DNA of 64,000 nt, taken from contig MFJF01000015.1 of the NCBI GenBank assembly GCA_001779115.1, positions 86,491 through 150,490 on the forward strand, in the 5' to 3' direction. Both the position numbers and the translations under genes were made by a program. Origin of the DNA: Candidatus Gottesmanbacteria bacterium RIFCSPHIGHO2_01_FULL_40_15 (GTDB lineage: Bacteria; Patescibacteriota; Microgenomatia; 2-02-FULL-39-11). Positions 20,717 to 29,908 of this stretch are shown one piece after another (position 1 is the first letter of the stretch; each line of letters opens with the position of its first letter). Under the pieces are notes generated by a model. It was given only the letters and a program-made list of their open reading frames with translations. It ran no database searches and was not told where the DNA came from.

Positions 20717-21862
20717 ATGCTGATCGGAATCGATGCCAATGAAGCCAATTCTATCGACCGGGTCGGTATCGGCCGTTATGCCTTTAATGTTTTGACGGGT
20801 TTGAATAATTTCCGGAAAAAAAGAAAAAAAGACAGCGTTTCTTTCCGGATCTATCTGAAAAACAAAAAATTGCCGGAACTGCCGGAAAGCGGCAGTTTTT
20901 GGCAGTACCGCCAAATAAGACCGGGCTTTCTCTGGACTCAAACCGGTCTGCCGTTATATCTTGGTCTGACACGGGAAAAACCCGATTTATTGTTTTCCCT
21001 TTCCCATTACGCTCCTAAATTTTCTCCTGTTAAATCGGTTATATCAGTCATGGATTTATCCTATATCCGTTATCCCAAGTTATTTAATAAAACGGATCTT
21101 TATAAACTGAAAAGCTGGACTTCCTTTTCAGTCAGCCAGGCAGCCGGAATCGTCACTATCAGCCATTTTTCCAAATCGGAAATTATCGATTATTACCGGG
21201 TTGATTCCTCTAAAATAACCGTTGCCTACCCGGGGTTTGATCAAAAGCAGTTTAATCCGGATATAAATCCTAAAGTAATTGGTCCGCTTAGGACAAAGCT
21301 TAACTTTCGGGGTAAGTATATCCTTTATGTCGGAACTCTCCAGCCGCGTAAAAACATATCCGGTTTAATTGAAGCATTTTCCCGCCTGGAATTGAAAGAT
21401 GTAAAACTTGTTATAGCCGGAAAAAAAGGTTGGGCATATAAAGAAATATTCAATAGGTCCGGCGTCCTTAATATTTCAGATAAAGTTTTATTTACCGGCT
21501 ATGTTACCGATGCACAATTGGCCGGTCTCTACAATAACGCCCTCTGTTTAGTCCTGCCTTCCTATTACGAGGGTTTCGGATTGCCCGTGGTTGAAGCGAT
21601 GGCCAGCGGTTGTCCGGTGATTGCCTCAAACTGCAGCAGTTTGCCGGAAATCGTCTCAGATGCCGGAGTTCTAATAAATCCTGATGATACTAAAAGTATG
21701 GCGGCGGCAATTAATAAAGTAGTAGTAAGCTCCCGTTTGAGAAAATTCCTGATCGGAAAGGGTTTGAAAAGATCAAAAGAGTTCAGTTGGGAAAAATGCG
21801 CCAAAATCGTCTATACTTTCATTACCGGGTTATCCCACAAAAGTAACCGGATTGAAAACTGA
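20717..21862 (+). CDS. Glycosyltransferase family 4 (tandem paralog of the 19565 gene)
   Basis: 'YEGFGLPVVEAMASGCPVIASN'. High DNA identity with the upstream gene across the motif region. Confidence 0.75.
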   Translation: MLIGIDANEANSIDRVGIGRYAFNVLTGLNNFRKKRKKDSVSFRIYLKNKKLPELPESGSFWQYRQIRPGFLWTQTGLPLYLGLTREKPDLLFSLSHYAPKFSPVKSVISVMDLSYIRYPKLFNKTDLYKLKSWTSFSVSQAAGIVTISHFSKSEIIDYYRVDSSKITVAYPGFDQKQFNPDINPKVIGPLRTKLNFRGKYILYVGTLQPRKNISGLIEAFSRLELKDVKLVIAGKKGWAYKEIFNRSGVLNISDKVLFTGYVTDAQLAGLYNNALCLVLPSYYEGFGLPVVEAMASGCPVIASNCSSLPEIVSDAGVLINPDDTKSMAAAINKVVVSSRLRKFLIGKGLKRSKEFSWEKCAKIVYTFITGLSHKSNRIEN

Positions 21863-22469
21863 TATTATGGCCGTCTTTTACGATAAGAACAAACAAAGGT
21901 TGTCAACCGGGCAGGCTTTGAACAAAATCCTTAACCGGTTCAATAACATATTTCTTGATTTTGAATTAATGCTTTTAAGAATTACCGGCAATATTCCGAG
22001 CCATACGTTCCGCTTGTTTGTTTACAGGTTGGCCGGTGTAAAAATAGGCAAAGGTTCAGCCGTTCATATGTGGTGTAATTTTTTTTATCCCCCAGGTATC
22101 ACCATCGGAACGGATTCGGTTATCGGAGACCACTGCTTTCTAGACGGCCGCGATACCCTTAATATCGGCAGCCATGTTGATATTGCCTCGGGTGTTTTGA
22201 TTTATAACTCCCAGCACGATATTGAAAGCCCCGATTTTGGTGCTGTTTACGGCCCGGTCGTAATTGGGGACTACGTTTTTATCGGACCCCGAAGCATCAT
22301 CCTTCCGGGGGTAACAATCGGAAAAGGTGCCGTTATCGGCGCCGGAGCAGTTGTTACCCGCGATATGCCTCCTTTTTCAATTGCCGCCGGTGTACCGGCC
22401 CGAGTGATCGGGGAGAGGAAAAATAAAAATCCGGCTTACCGTTTAGGCCGGGCCAGGTTATTTCAATGA
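21852..22469 (+). CDS. Hexapeptide-repeat (left-handed beta-helix) sugar O-acetyltransferase (WcaF/NeuD-like)
   Basis: Repeated [LIV]-G-x-x-x-x-I hexapeptides (GITIGTDSVIGDHCFLDG...IGSHVDIASGVLIY...VFIGPRSIILPGVTIGKGAVIGAGAVV). Confidence 0.7.
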   Translation: MKTDIMAVFYDKNKQRLSTGQALNKILNRFNNIFLDFELMLLRITGNIPSHTFRLFVYRLAGVKIGKGSAVHMWCNFFYPPGITIGTDSVIGDHCFLDGRDTLNIGSHVDIASGVLIYNSQHDIESPDFGAVYGPVVIGDYVFIGPRSIILPGVTIGKGAVIGAGAVVTRDMPPFSIAAGVPARVIGERKNKNPAYRLGRARLFQ

Positions 22470-22476
22470 CATTCCT

Positions 22477-23388
22477 ATGGTTAAACGATATCTTCTTGAC
22501 GTTATTATTGTCAGTTTCAATACCGCCACCCTGTTACGGCAAGCCCTTCAGTCGGTCCAAACAGAAGTTGTTGAAAATAATATAAAGGAAGGGACCAGAA
22601 TTACAGTTATTGATAACGCTTCAACAGACGGCACTTCCCAGATGGTCAGGAAAAATTTTCCCGGCGTTTCGCTTATTGTCAATAATAAAAATACAGGCTT
22701 TGCCAAAGCTAATAATCAGGCTATCAGAAAAACCTCCGGTAAATATATACTACTTCTTAACAGTGATGCCATAGTCGGGAAAAAGGCAATTAATGCTCTT
22801 ATAAACGAGTTGGAAATAAATAGCAAAGCAGGCGGCTCCGGCCCGCGGCTCGTAAATTTTGACGGAGGTAATCAACCGTCTTTTGGGTTTTTCCCGACAC
22901 CATGGAGGGTCCTTTTTTGGATGCTGTTTATTGATGATATTAAATTCATTTCAGACTTTTTTAAGCCTTATCATGCCCGGCACGATTTTTTTTACCGCCG
23001 GAGGCGGACTGTCGACTGGCTATCCGGTGCCTGCATTTTGGTAAGAAGAGAAGCTTTTGAGAAGGCCGGTCTGTTTGACGAAAGTATATTTATGTACGGT
23101 GAAGAAGTTGAGTTTTTTTATAGAATGAAAAAATCGGGTTTTGAAGCAATTTTTACCCCTAATGCAATAGTCCGCCACAAAAAAGGCGGATCAGGCAGAG
23201 GAACGGAAAGCGGAATTGTTGAAGAATATCTGTTCATAGTCCATTTTTACCGTATATATTTTCCCGGATTAGTAGTTCCTGTCAGGTTTTTGCTGAAGCT
23301 GGGAGCTTTGCTGAGAATGATCCTTTTTGCTATAATCGGGCCTACAAAAAAGGTATCTCTTTATGCCAAAGCTTTTAAGGTGGCTTGA
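22477..23388 (+). CDS. Glycosyltransferase family 2
   Basis: 'DVIIVSFNTATLL...TVIDNASTDGT...LLLNSDAIV' GT-A motifs. Confidence 0.7.
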   Translation: MVKRYLLDVIIVSFNTATLLRQALQSVQTEVVENNIKEGTRITVIDNASTDGTSQMVRKNFPGVSLIVNNKNTGFAKANNQAIRKTSGKYILLLNSDAIVGKKAINALINELEINSKAGGSGPRLVNFDGGNQPSFGFFPTPWRVLFWMLFIDDIKFISDFFKPYHARHDFFYRRRRTVDWLSGACILVRREAFEKAGLFDESIFMYGEEVEFFYRMKKSGFEAIFTPNAIVRHKKGGSGRGTESGIVEEYLFIVHFYRIYFPGLVVPVRFLLKLGALLRMILFAIIGPTKKVSLYAKAFKVA

Positions 23389-26300
23389 TGACCGCCTGTT
23401 GTTTCTTTTCGCCGGTTTTTTATTGGCTTTTATTCCCCTGTATCCCAAATTACCGCTATTGGATGTTCTGCCGGGGTATATTGTCCGAATCAGACTGGAA
23501 GATATTCTTATAGCCGGATGTTTTGTTCTTTGGCTGATTTACCTGTTGCGCCGGAAAATAACCCTTTCCGGTAATCCTCTTTTAAAGCCGATTGCCGGAT
23601 ACCTGGCAGTCGGACTACTTTCAATAATATCGGCAATTTTTGTCATCAGGACAATTCCCCAGGAGTCTCTCCATATACAGAAATCCCTGCTCCACTTTTT
23701 CCGCCGGGTGGAATATTTTTCCCTTTTCTTTATTTTCTTCACTTCCGTAAAAAACATTAAACAGATTAAAACCTATCTGATAATCCTTATTGTTACCGCC
23801 CTTTTGGTCTCGCTTTACGGATTCGGACAGAAATATCTTTATTGGCCGGCATATTCGACCATGAACAGGGAGTTTGCCAAAGGCTGGCAGCTTTACCTCA
23901 CCGAGCACGCCCGGGTTCTGTCCACTTTCGGAGGTCATTACGATTTGGCCGCTTTTGCCATGATGATGCTTATAATTCTCTGGAGTCTTTTTTTCGGTTT
24001 GAAAAACCTGTTTTGGAGATTACTGGTATTGCCTGTATTGGCGGTTGTCTTCTGGACTTTAATTCTGACGGCCTCCCGCACTTCTTTTATCGCCTATTTG
24101 ACAGGACTGATACTGATGTTCTTCTTTTGGAGCTACAAAAAAGGCATTTTTTGGGCAATCTCGCGCTATCTGATTGTAAGCTTTACCTCAATTATAATTA
24201 TGCTGTCATTCGGCGACCTCTCGGAAAGATTTACCAAACTGTTGCGCATTGACCAGAGACTGTTAACCTTTTCACGGATTCTCAAATCCCCAATTGGTAA
24301 ACCTCCGGGGGATAAAGCTCTTTTTCTTGAGAATAATCCGCAGGCGGCTTTATCGGAAATAACTTCTAAAAGTGACGCGCCGCCCAAATTGGCGCGCCCG
24401 TCGGATGTCTTCGAAGACATTCCCCTGGTAGTAGAAAAAAACGGATCGAGATCGGCTGTTAAAAGAACTTATTCCCAAACAGCTTTTATGTATGACCTCT
24501 CAACAGCCATCAGGTTTGACGCTCTCTGGCCGATGGCTATAAAAGGTTTTGCCAAAAATCCGCTTCTCGGGAGCGGCTATGCCACTCTTAATAAATCTAA
24601 TCTGACTGATTTTACCGAAGCCGAATCAACTGATAACGATTTCTTGAGAAGCTTGGGGGAAACGGGAATACTGGGATTTGCTTTCTTTTACGGAACACTC
24701 CTCTTTATAGTATTTTACCTTTGGCGCAGTATCGAAGTGCTTAAAGATCCGCTGATTTTCGCATTTATCGCCGGATTTGCCGGATTGCTGTCAGGACTTC
24801 TGGTAAATGCGGTTTATATCGATGTTTTTGAGTCTTCCAAAGTCGCACTTTCCTTCTGGGCATTAACCGGCATTACTCTGTCGGCGGTAAAAATAGCCAG
24901 GACAGGCAAGGGGAAAGTTTTGGAAAAACCCAGACTGGCTGATCTGGATAAGTTTATTACCGGTGTTAAATCAGCAGTTAAAAAGATAATCACAAGCCAT
25001 TATTTTTACCTTTTTTTAATAATGGTTTTGGCTTTTTCCCTTAGATTGTACCGGATAAAAACACCGTTGGCCGATTGGCATTCCTGGCGCCAGGCCGATA
25101 CGGCCAGTGTCTCCAGAAATTTTATTAAACAAGGAATTAATGTACTTTATCCGACATATGACGATCTTTCCAACGTCGCTTCAGGTTATGATAATCCTAA
25201 AGGCTTAAGATTTGTCGAATTCCCCGTTTACAATGTGGTTCATGTATTTGTTGATCAGTTAATTACCGGGTACGATCTGGTTATCAAAGGCAGATTGACA
25301 TCCGTTATTGCCTCTCTTTTTTCCTGTCTTTTTCTTTTTCTTATTGTCAGAAAATACCATTCCGCCGCCGCTGCTTTTCTTTCTTCCTTCTTTTTCGCCG
25401 TTATACCCTATAATATTTTTTTCAGCCGTGTTATTCTCCCCGAACCTTTACTGGTGGCTACCAGTCTGGCTATGGTTTATTTTTTCGACAAGTGGCTCGA
25501 AAAAAAGTCTTTAAGCCGAATGTTACCCGCGCTTATATTTTCCGCTCTTTCCCTTTTGATAAAACCTTTCGCGGCCTTTCTGTTTTTACCCATGATTTAT
25601 CTCTGGTTTATTCGTTTTAGGTTTAAGGCCGGTTCAGTTGCCGGACTGTTATTGTTTATGGCAGCGGCCAGCCTGCCCCTTTTAATATGGCGGTGGTGGG
25701 CCGGTCATTTTCCCGAAGGAATTCCGGCTAATATGTGGCTCCTTAATGGTGACGGTATCCGTTTTAAGGGAGCCTTCTTTTATTGGCTTTTTGCCGACAG
25801 GTTAGGCAGGCTTATTCTGGGATATTTCGGTTTGCCGCTTTTAGTATTTGGAATTCTGGCGGAAAAAAACAGGGAAGGGCATTTATTTAATATTTGGGGT
25901 CTGTCCATGCTTTTATATATAACGGTCTTTGCCACGGGTAATGTCCGTCATGACTATTATCAGGTTCTCACCATACCGGTAATAACAATTTTTCTTGCTA
26001 AAGGGGTATTATTTTTAATTAGTCAGAATAAAAATTTGTCCGGCCGTCTCAAAGTGTACGCCATTCTAATTGTCCTTTTTATTTTCATGGAAATGTTCGG
26101 TTGGTATTTTATCCGGGATTTTTACAATATTAACCATCCGGAAATAGTGGAAGCCGGCCGGGCGGTAGAACTGAAGACTCCGGGTAACTCGCTTGTAATC
26201 GCTCCCTATAACGGCGATACCGCTTTTCTGTTTCAGACTCAGCGTGCCGGCTGGCCGGTTATGGAAAAATCAGTGGAAGAAATGATCGGTATGGGCGCAC

Positions 26301-26455
26301 ATTTCTATGTTTCGGTTAATTTTGACGGTCTGACTGACCGGCTGTTTCAGGATTCCATCGCCATGGACCCGGTCAAAAGGAAATATAAATTAATTGAAAA
26401 GACCGATAAATTTGTTCTTATTCAGCTGGTTCCCGACAGAAAGCTTCCAAAATAA
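23363..26455 (+). CDS. 1030-aa fusion: N-terminal O-antigen-ligase/Wzy_C-type polytopic domain + C-terminal GT-C (ArnT/PMT-like) polytopic domain
   Basis: A single uninterrupted ORF. Residues ~1-500 are polytopic, with a Wzy_C-like segment 'LILTASRTSFIAYLTGLILMFFF' and a long soluble loop. Residues ~540-1030 form a second polytopic block that begins with 'LADWHSWRQADTASVSRNF...LYP', typical of ArnT-like GT-C proteins. Confidence 0.5.
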   Translation: MPKLLRWLDDRLLFLFAGFLLAFIPLYPKLPLLDVLPGYIVRIRLEDILIAGCFVLWLIYLLRRKITLSGNPLLKPIAGYLAVGLLSIISAIFVIRTIPQESLHIQKSLLHFFRRVEYFSLFFIFFTSVKNIKQIKTYLIILIVTALLVSLYGFGQKYLYWPAYSTMNREFAKGWQLYLTEHARVLSTFGGHYDLAAFAMMMLIILWSLFFGLKNLFWRLLVLPVLAVVFWTLILTASRTSFIAYLTGLILMFFFWSYKKGIFWAISRYLIVSFTSIIIMLSFGDLSERFTKLLRIDQRLLTFSRILKSPIGKPPGDKALFLENNPQAALSEITSKSDAPPKLARPSDVFEDIPLVVEKNGSRSAVKRTYSQTAFMYDLSTAIRFDALWPMAIKGFAKNPLLGSGYATLNKSNLTDFTEAESTDNDFLRSLGETGILGFAFFYGTLLFIVFYLWRSIEVLKDPLIFAFIAGFAGLLSGLLVNAVYIDVFESSKVALSFWALTGITLSAVKIARTGKGKVLEKPRLADLDKFITGVKSAVKKIITSHYFYLFLIMVLAFSLRLYRIKTPLADWHSWRQADTASVSRNFIKQGINVLYPTYDDLSNVASGYDNPKGLRFVEFPVYNVVHVFVDQLITGYDLVIKGRLTSVIASLFSCLFLFLIVRKYHSAAAAFLSSFFFAVIPYNIFFSRVILPEPLLVATSLAMVYFFDKWLEKKSLSRMLPALIFSALSLLIKPFAAFLFLPMIYLWFIRFRFKAGSVAGLLLFMAAASLPLLIWRWWAGHFPEGIPANMWLLNGDGIRFKGAFFYWLFADRLGRLILGYFGLPLLVFGILAEKNREGHLFNIWGLSMLLYITVFATGNVRHDYYQVLTIPVITIFLAKGVLFLISQNKNLSGRLKVYAILIVLFIFMEMFGWYFIRDFYNINHPEIVEAGRAVELKTPGNSLVIAPYNGDTAFLFQTQRAGWPVMEKSVEEMIGMGAHFYVSVNFDGLTDRLFQDSIAMDPVKRKYKLIEKTDKFVLIQLVPDRKLPK

Positions 26456-26459
26456 CTTT

Positions 26460-27656
26460 ATGAGAATTCTCATGCTTACTCCTTATTTGCCTTACCCTTT
26501 ATGGTCCGGCGGACAAATCAGAACTTTTAATTTGTTGAAAAATCTTGCTGAAAAACACCAGATAACCCTTTTTTCCTTTATCAGGCAGGATTCGGAAAAG
26601 CAAAATATTCCCATACTTAAAAAATACTGCGATGAGGTGAAAGTTTTTGTGAAAAGACCTCCCTGGTCAATAACATCTTTGCTATTATCCGGTATTACCT
26701 ATTATCCGCTGGTTGTTTGCATGTATTTGAACAATGAATTGAAAAAAAATATCGCCGAAGCGATTGACAGGAAACATTTCGATCTGATTCATGCTGAAAC
26801 ATTTTACGTCATGCCCAATATTCCCCAATATGATATCCCCATTTTCCTGGCAGAACAGACCATAGAATATCTGGTTTACGATCATCATACTCAAAATGTC
26901 AACTTTATGCCTAAAAAAATGCTGATGGACTGGGATGTTTTTAAAATCCGCTTTTGGGAAAAACGTTTTTGGAAAAAAGCCGAAAAAGTGATTGCCATGT
27001 CGGAAAGCGATAAAACTTTAATGAAGAAAATGTTGCCTGATTTGTCCGTTGATATTGTGCCAAACGGTGTTGATACGCAATTTTTCTCCTTCAATAAAAA
27101 ACATTCACCTCATAAAGTTAAAACAGTTCTTTTTGTCGGAAATTTCAAATGGCTCCAAAACCGGGAGGCTGCCGCATTTCTTCTTGATAAAGTCTGGCCG
27201 GTAATATTTAAAAAACTCGGTGACAATGTCAGATTATGGATTGTTGGAAAGCATCCCCCTCCACAAATAAGAAAAAAAACACCTAAAAATGTAACCGTTT
27301 CCGATGACATTGACGATATAAGATATGCCTATTACCGCTCTGATTTGCTGCTGGCTCCTATCTACGGACCTGGCGGCACCCGTTATAAAATTCTGGAATC
27401 AATGGCGGCCGGTGTTCCTGTCGTCACCACTTCAACCGGAATTGAGGGTCTGTCGGCCGTTAATTTCCGTCATGCCGTAATCAGTGACAGTGCCCGCGGG
27501 TTAGCTGACAGCTCTATTAAAGTATTAACGGACCCAAAGCTCTATAACCGCTTGGCCGAAAACGGCAGACATCTGGTTGAACAGGATTACAGTTGGAAGA
27601 AAATAGCCGGCAAACTGGACTTGATTTATCAAAAAGCGGTTGCAGGTCGGATATGA
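26460..27656 (+). CDS. Glycosyltransferase family 4
   Basis: An in-frame internal ATG gives the canonical GT4 N-terminus 'MRILMLTPYLPYPLWSGGQIR'; the longer track ORF start at 26394 overlaps the upstream gene. The C-terminal 'ESMAAGVPVVTT' fits the fold. Confidence 0.7.
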   Translation: MRILMLTPYLPYPLWSGGQIRTFNLLKNLAEKHQITLFSFIRQDSEKQNIPILKKYCDEVKVFVKRPPWSITSLLLSGITYYPLVVCMYLNNELKKNIAEAIDRKHFDLIHAETFYVMPNIPQYDIPIFLAEQTIEYLVYDHHTQNVNFMPKKMLMDWDVFKIRFWEKRFWKKAEKVIAMSESDKTLMKKMLPDLSVDIVPNGVDTQFFSFNKKHSPHKVKTVLFVGNFKWLQNREAAAFLLDKVWPVIFKKLGDNVRLWIVGKHPPPQIRKKTPKNVTVSDDIDDIRYAYYRSDLLLAPIYGPGGTRYKILESMAAGVPVVTTSTGIEGLSAVNFRHAVISDSARGLADSSIKVLTDPKLYNRLAENGRHLVEQDYSWKKIAGKLDLIYQKAVAGRI

Positions 27657-28585
27657 AAAAAAAAGAGAAATTACTTACCGTGGTTATTGTCAGCTACAAT
27701 TCGGGAAATTATCTTCTGGATTGTCTGGATTCATTAAAAAAATCCCGATTTCCCCGGAAGTTGATGGAGATAATTATTTTTGATAATGCTTCAAACGACA
27801 ATACTGTTTATAACGTCAGGCGGAGATATCCCCAAATAACTCTAATTACAAATACAATAAATTCGGGTTTTGCTTCAGCCAATAATAAGGCTTTGTCATA
27901 CGCTTCGGGGAAATATATTCTTTTTCTCAATCCCGATACGCTGATCCCGCCTGACACTCTGCCTGAAATCGTCAGGTTTATGGAAACAAAAAAAAATGCT
28001 GCCGTTTCTACCTGCCGGGTGGAATTGCCTGATAAAAACCTTGACGATGCCAGTCACCGGGGATTTCCGACACCCTGGAATGCCCTTTGTCATTTCCTGG
28101 GTTTAAGCAGATTATTTCCCGGCAGTTTGATATTTAACGGTTATCATTTGGGTTACCGTAATTTGGATAAAATCCACCGGATTGACAGTTGCGCCGGTGC
28201 CTTCATGCTGGTAAGAAAATCAGCCGGTGACCAAGTACGCTGGTTCGATGAAGATTATTTCTGGTATGGAGAAGACCTGGATTTTTGCTTCCGGATAAAA
28301 AAAGCCGGCCTCAATATTTATTTTTTCCCCCGTGTAAAAGTAATCCATTATAAGGGTATATCAAGCGGAATAAAAAAACATTCGGAAAAGCTGTCAACAG
28401 CCGGTTACGAGACAAAATTGCGATCTACCCGGGCCAGATTTGATGTCATGAGGATTTTTTACCGGAAGCATTACCGGTCGGGGGTATACCGAATACTCAC
28501 TCCGCTTGTTCTGATAGGAATTGCCGTTAAGGAACGATTGACTGTTTTAGGTTTAAAAAATTATCAATATGCGGATAGGATTTGA
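27653..28585 (+). CDS. Glycosyltransferase family 2
   Basis: An internal start gives 'MKKKEKLLTVVIVSYNSGNYL...IIFDNASNDNT...LFLNPDTLI'. The track's longer N-terminus overlaps the upstream gene. Confidence 0.7.
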   Translation: MKKKEKLLTVVIVSYNSGNYLLDCLDSLKKSRFPRKLMEIIIFDNASNDNTVYNVRRRYPQITLITNTINSGFASANNKALSYASGKYILFLNPDTLIPPDTLPEIVRFMETKKNAAVSTCRVELPDKNLDDASHRGFPTPWNALCHFLGLSRLFPGSLIFNGYHLGYRNLDKIHRIDSCAGAFMLVRKSAGDQVRWFDEDYFWYGEDLDFCFRIKKAGLNIYFFPRVKVIHYKGISSGIKKHSEKLSTAGYETKLRSTRARFDVMRIFYRKHYRSGVYRILTPLVLIGIAVKERLTVLGLKNYQYADRI

Positions 28586-29669
28586 CGCCAGGCTTATTAA
28601 TCAGTCAGGAGTAGGCCGTTACATCAGAAATCTTCTTGCCGGACTCCTTAAATTTGATCATGGCAACCGTTATTTTATCTTCACAAGAACAAAAGACTTA
28701 CAAAGAATTAACAAATTGCCGGGTAAAAACTTTGAAAAAATAGCTGTTGATTTAAAATGGCATTCACTTAAGGAGCAAGTATTAATGCCTCGAATTTTAT
28801 CCTCCTACGGATTGGACCTTGTCCATTTTCCTTATTTTAATGTGCCTGTATTTTACCGGGGTAAATTTATCGTTACTATTCATGACCTGATTGTTGATCA
28901 TGTTGAAACCGGCCGGGCTTCTACTTTACCTTACCCGCTTTATAAAATTAAAAGATTATTTTACCGCCGGACGGTAAAATCCGCGGTAAAAAGAGCTTCT
29001 GCCATCATTGCCATCTCCCAAAATACAAAAAATGAAATAGTCAGCCATTATCATGTTGATCCTCAAAAAATTACCGTAACTTACGATGGTCTTGACAGCA
29101 ATATAAAAAGACCGGAAAAGTTTTCCTCACTATACCCTTTTGACTACCTGCTTAATGTCGGCAATGCCTATCCCCATAAAAACCTGGAAACTTTGATAGA
29201 GGTATTTAGGGATAAAGCGATAAGTTCCCGTCTGAAGCTGGTTTTGGTCGGAGACGACCGGTTTTTTTACCCGCGCTTAAAAAGATTGGTTGCCCAAAAA
29301 TCGCTTGAATATTCCGTAATATTTTTTGGGATTGCCGATGACAGGCAGTTGGTGAATCTCTATCATAACGCCCGGGCACTTATTACCCCTTCATACATGG
29401 AGGGCTTTGGCTTGCCTAATCTTGAAGCGGTTTCGCTGGGTTGCCTGCCGGTTATATCCGATATTCCGGTATTTCGGGAAATTTGGGGAGATGATTTGAT
29501 AATGTTCGATCCGCGTGAGGTGAATGACCTGAAAAGAGCAATTTTGGAATTTTTAGCTTTATCAGAGTCAGATAAATTACAAATGCTTAAAAAAGCAGAC
29601 AAAAGAGCAACAAAGTTCTCCTGGCAAAAGACGGTTAAACAGACTCTTCTTCTTTATAACCGGGTTTAA
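28569..29669 (+). CDS. Glycosyltransferase family 4
   Basis: 'MRIGFDAR...GVGRYIRNL' N-terminus and 'MEGFGLPNLEAVSLGCLPVISD'. Confidence 0.7.
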   Translation: MRIGFDARLINQSGVGRYIRNLLAGLLKFDHGNRYFIFTRTKDLQRINKLPGKNFEKIAVDLKWHSLKEQVLMPRILSSYGLDLVHFPYFNVPVFYRGKFIVTIHDLIVDHVETGRASTLPYPLYKIKRLFYRRTVKSAVKRASAIIAISQNTKNEIVSHYHVDPQKITVTYDGLDSNIKRPEKFSSLYPFDYLLNVGNAYPHKNLETLIEVFRDKAISSRLKLVLVGDDRFFYPRLKRLVAQKSLEYSVIFFGIADDRQLVNLYHNARALITPSYMEGFGLPNLEAVSLGCLPVISDIPVFREIWGDDLIMFDPREVNDLKRAILEFLALSESDKLQMLKKADKRATKFSWQKTVKQTLLLYNRV

Positions 29670-29695
29670 TGTTAAAATAAAAGTCTTAAACGCAT

Positions 29696-29908
29696 ATGAA
29701 ATTTATAAAACTGATGTTATTTCTTATCAGCATAAGTTTGATTTTTCCTTCAAAATCACACGCTTATATTGATCCCGGTACTGGCAGTTATCTTTTTCAG
29801 ATAATTGCAGCATCCCTTATTACCGTGCTTCTATCCGCCAGAACATTTCTGAAATTTGTCCGCAATATCCTTGGTCGGATAACTTCTTTCAAAAAAAGCA
29901 AGAAATGA
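29696..29908 (+). CDS. Small (70 aa) two-helix membrane protein, translationally coupled to the downstream kinase-methyltransferase
   Basis: Hydrophobic N-terminal helix, a central 'YIDPGTGSYLFQIIAASLITVLL' segment and a basic C-terminus. Its stop overlaps the next start (ATGA). Confidence 0.3.
   Translation: MKFIKLMLFLISISLIFPSKSHAYIDPGTGSYLFQIIAASLITVLLSARTFLKFVRNILGRITSFKKSKK

Noticed and set aside
23842-24252. 136-aa plus-strand ORF and several minus-strand ORFs inside the 1030-aa gene
   Set aside because: They sit in alternative frames of a long, motif-supported coding region, which is typical of AT-rich frame noise.
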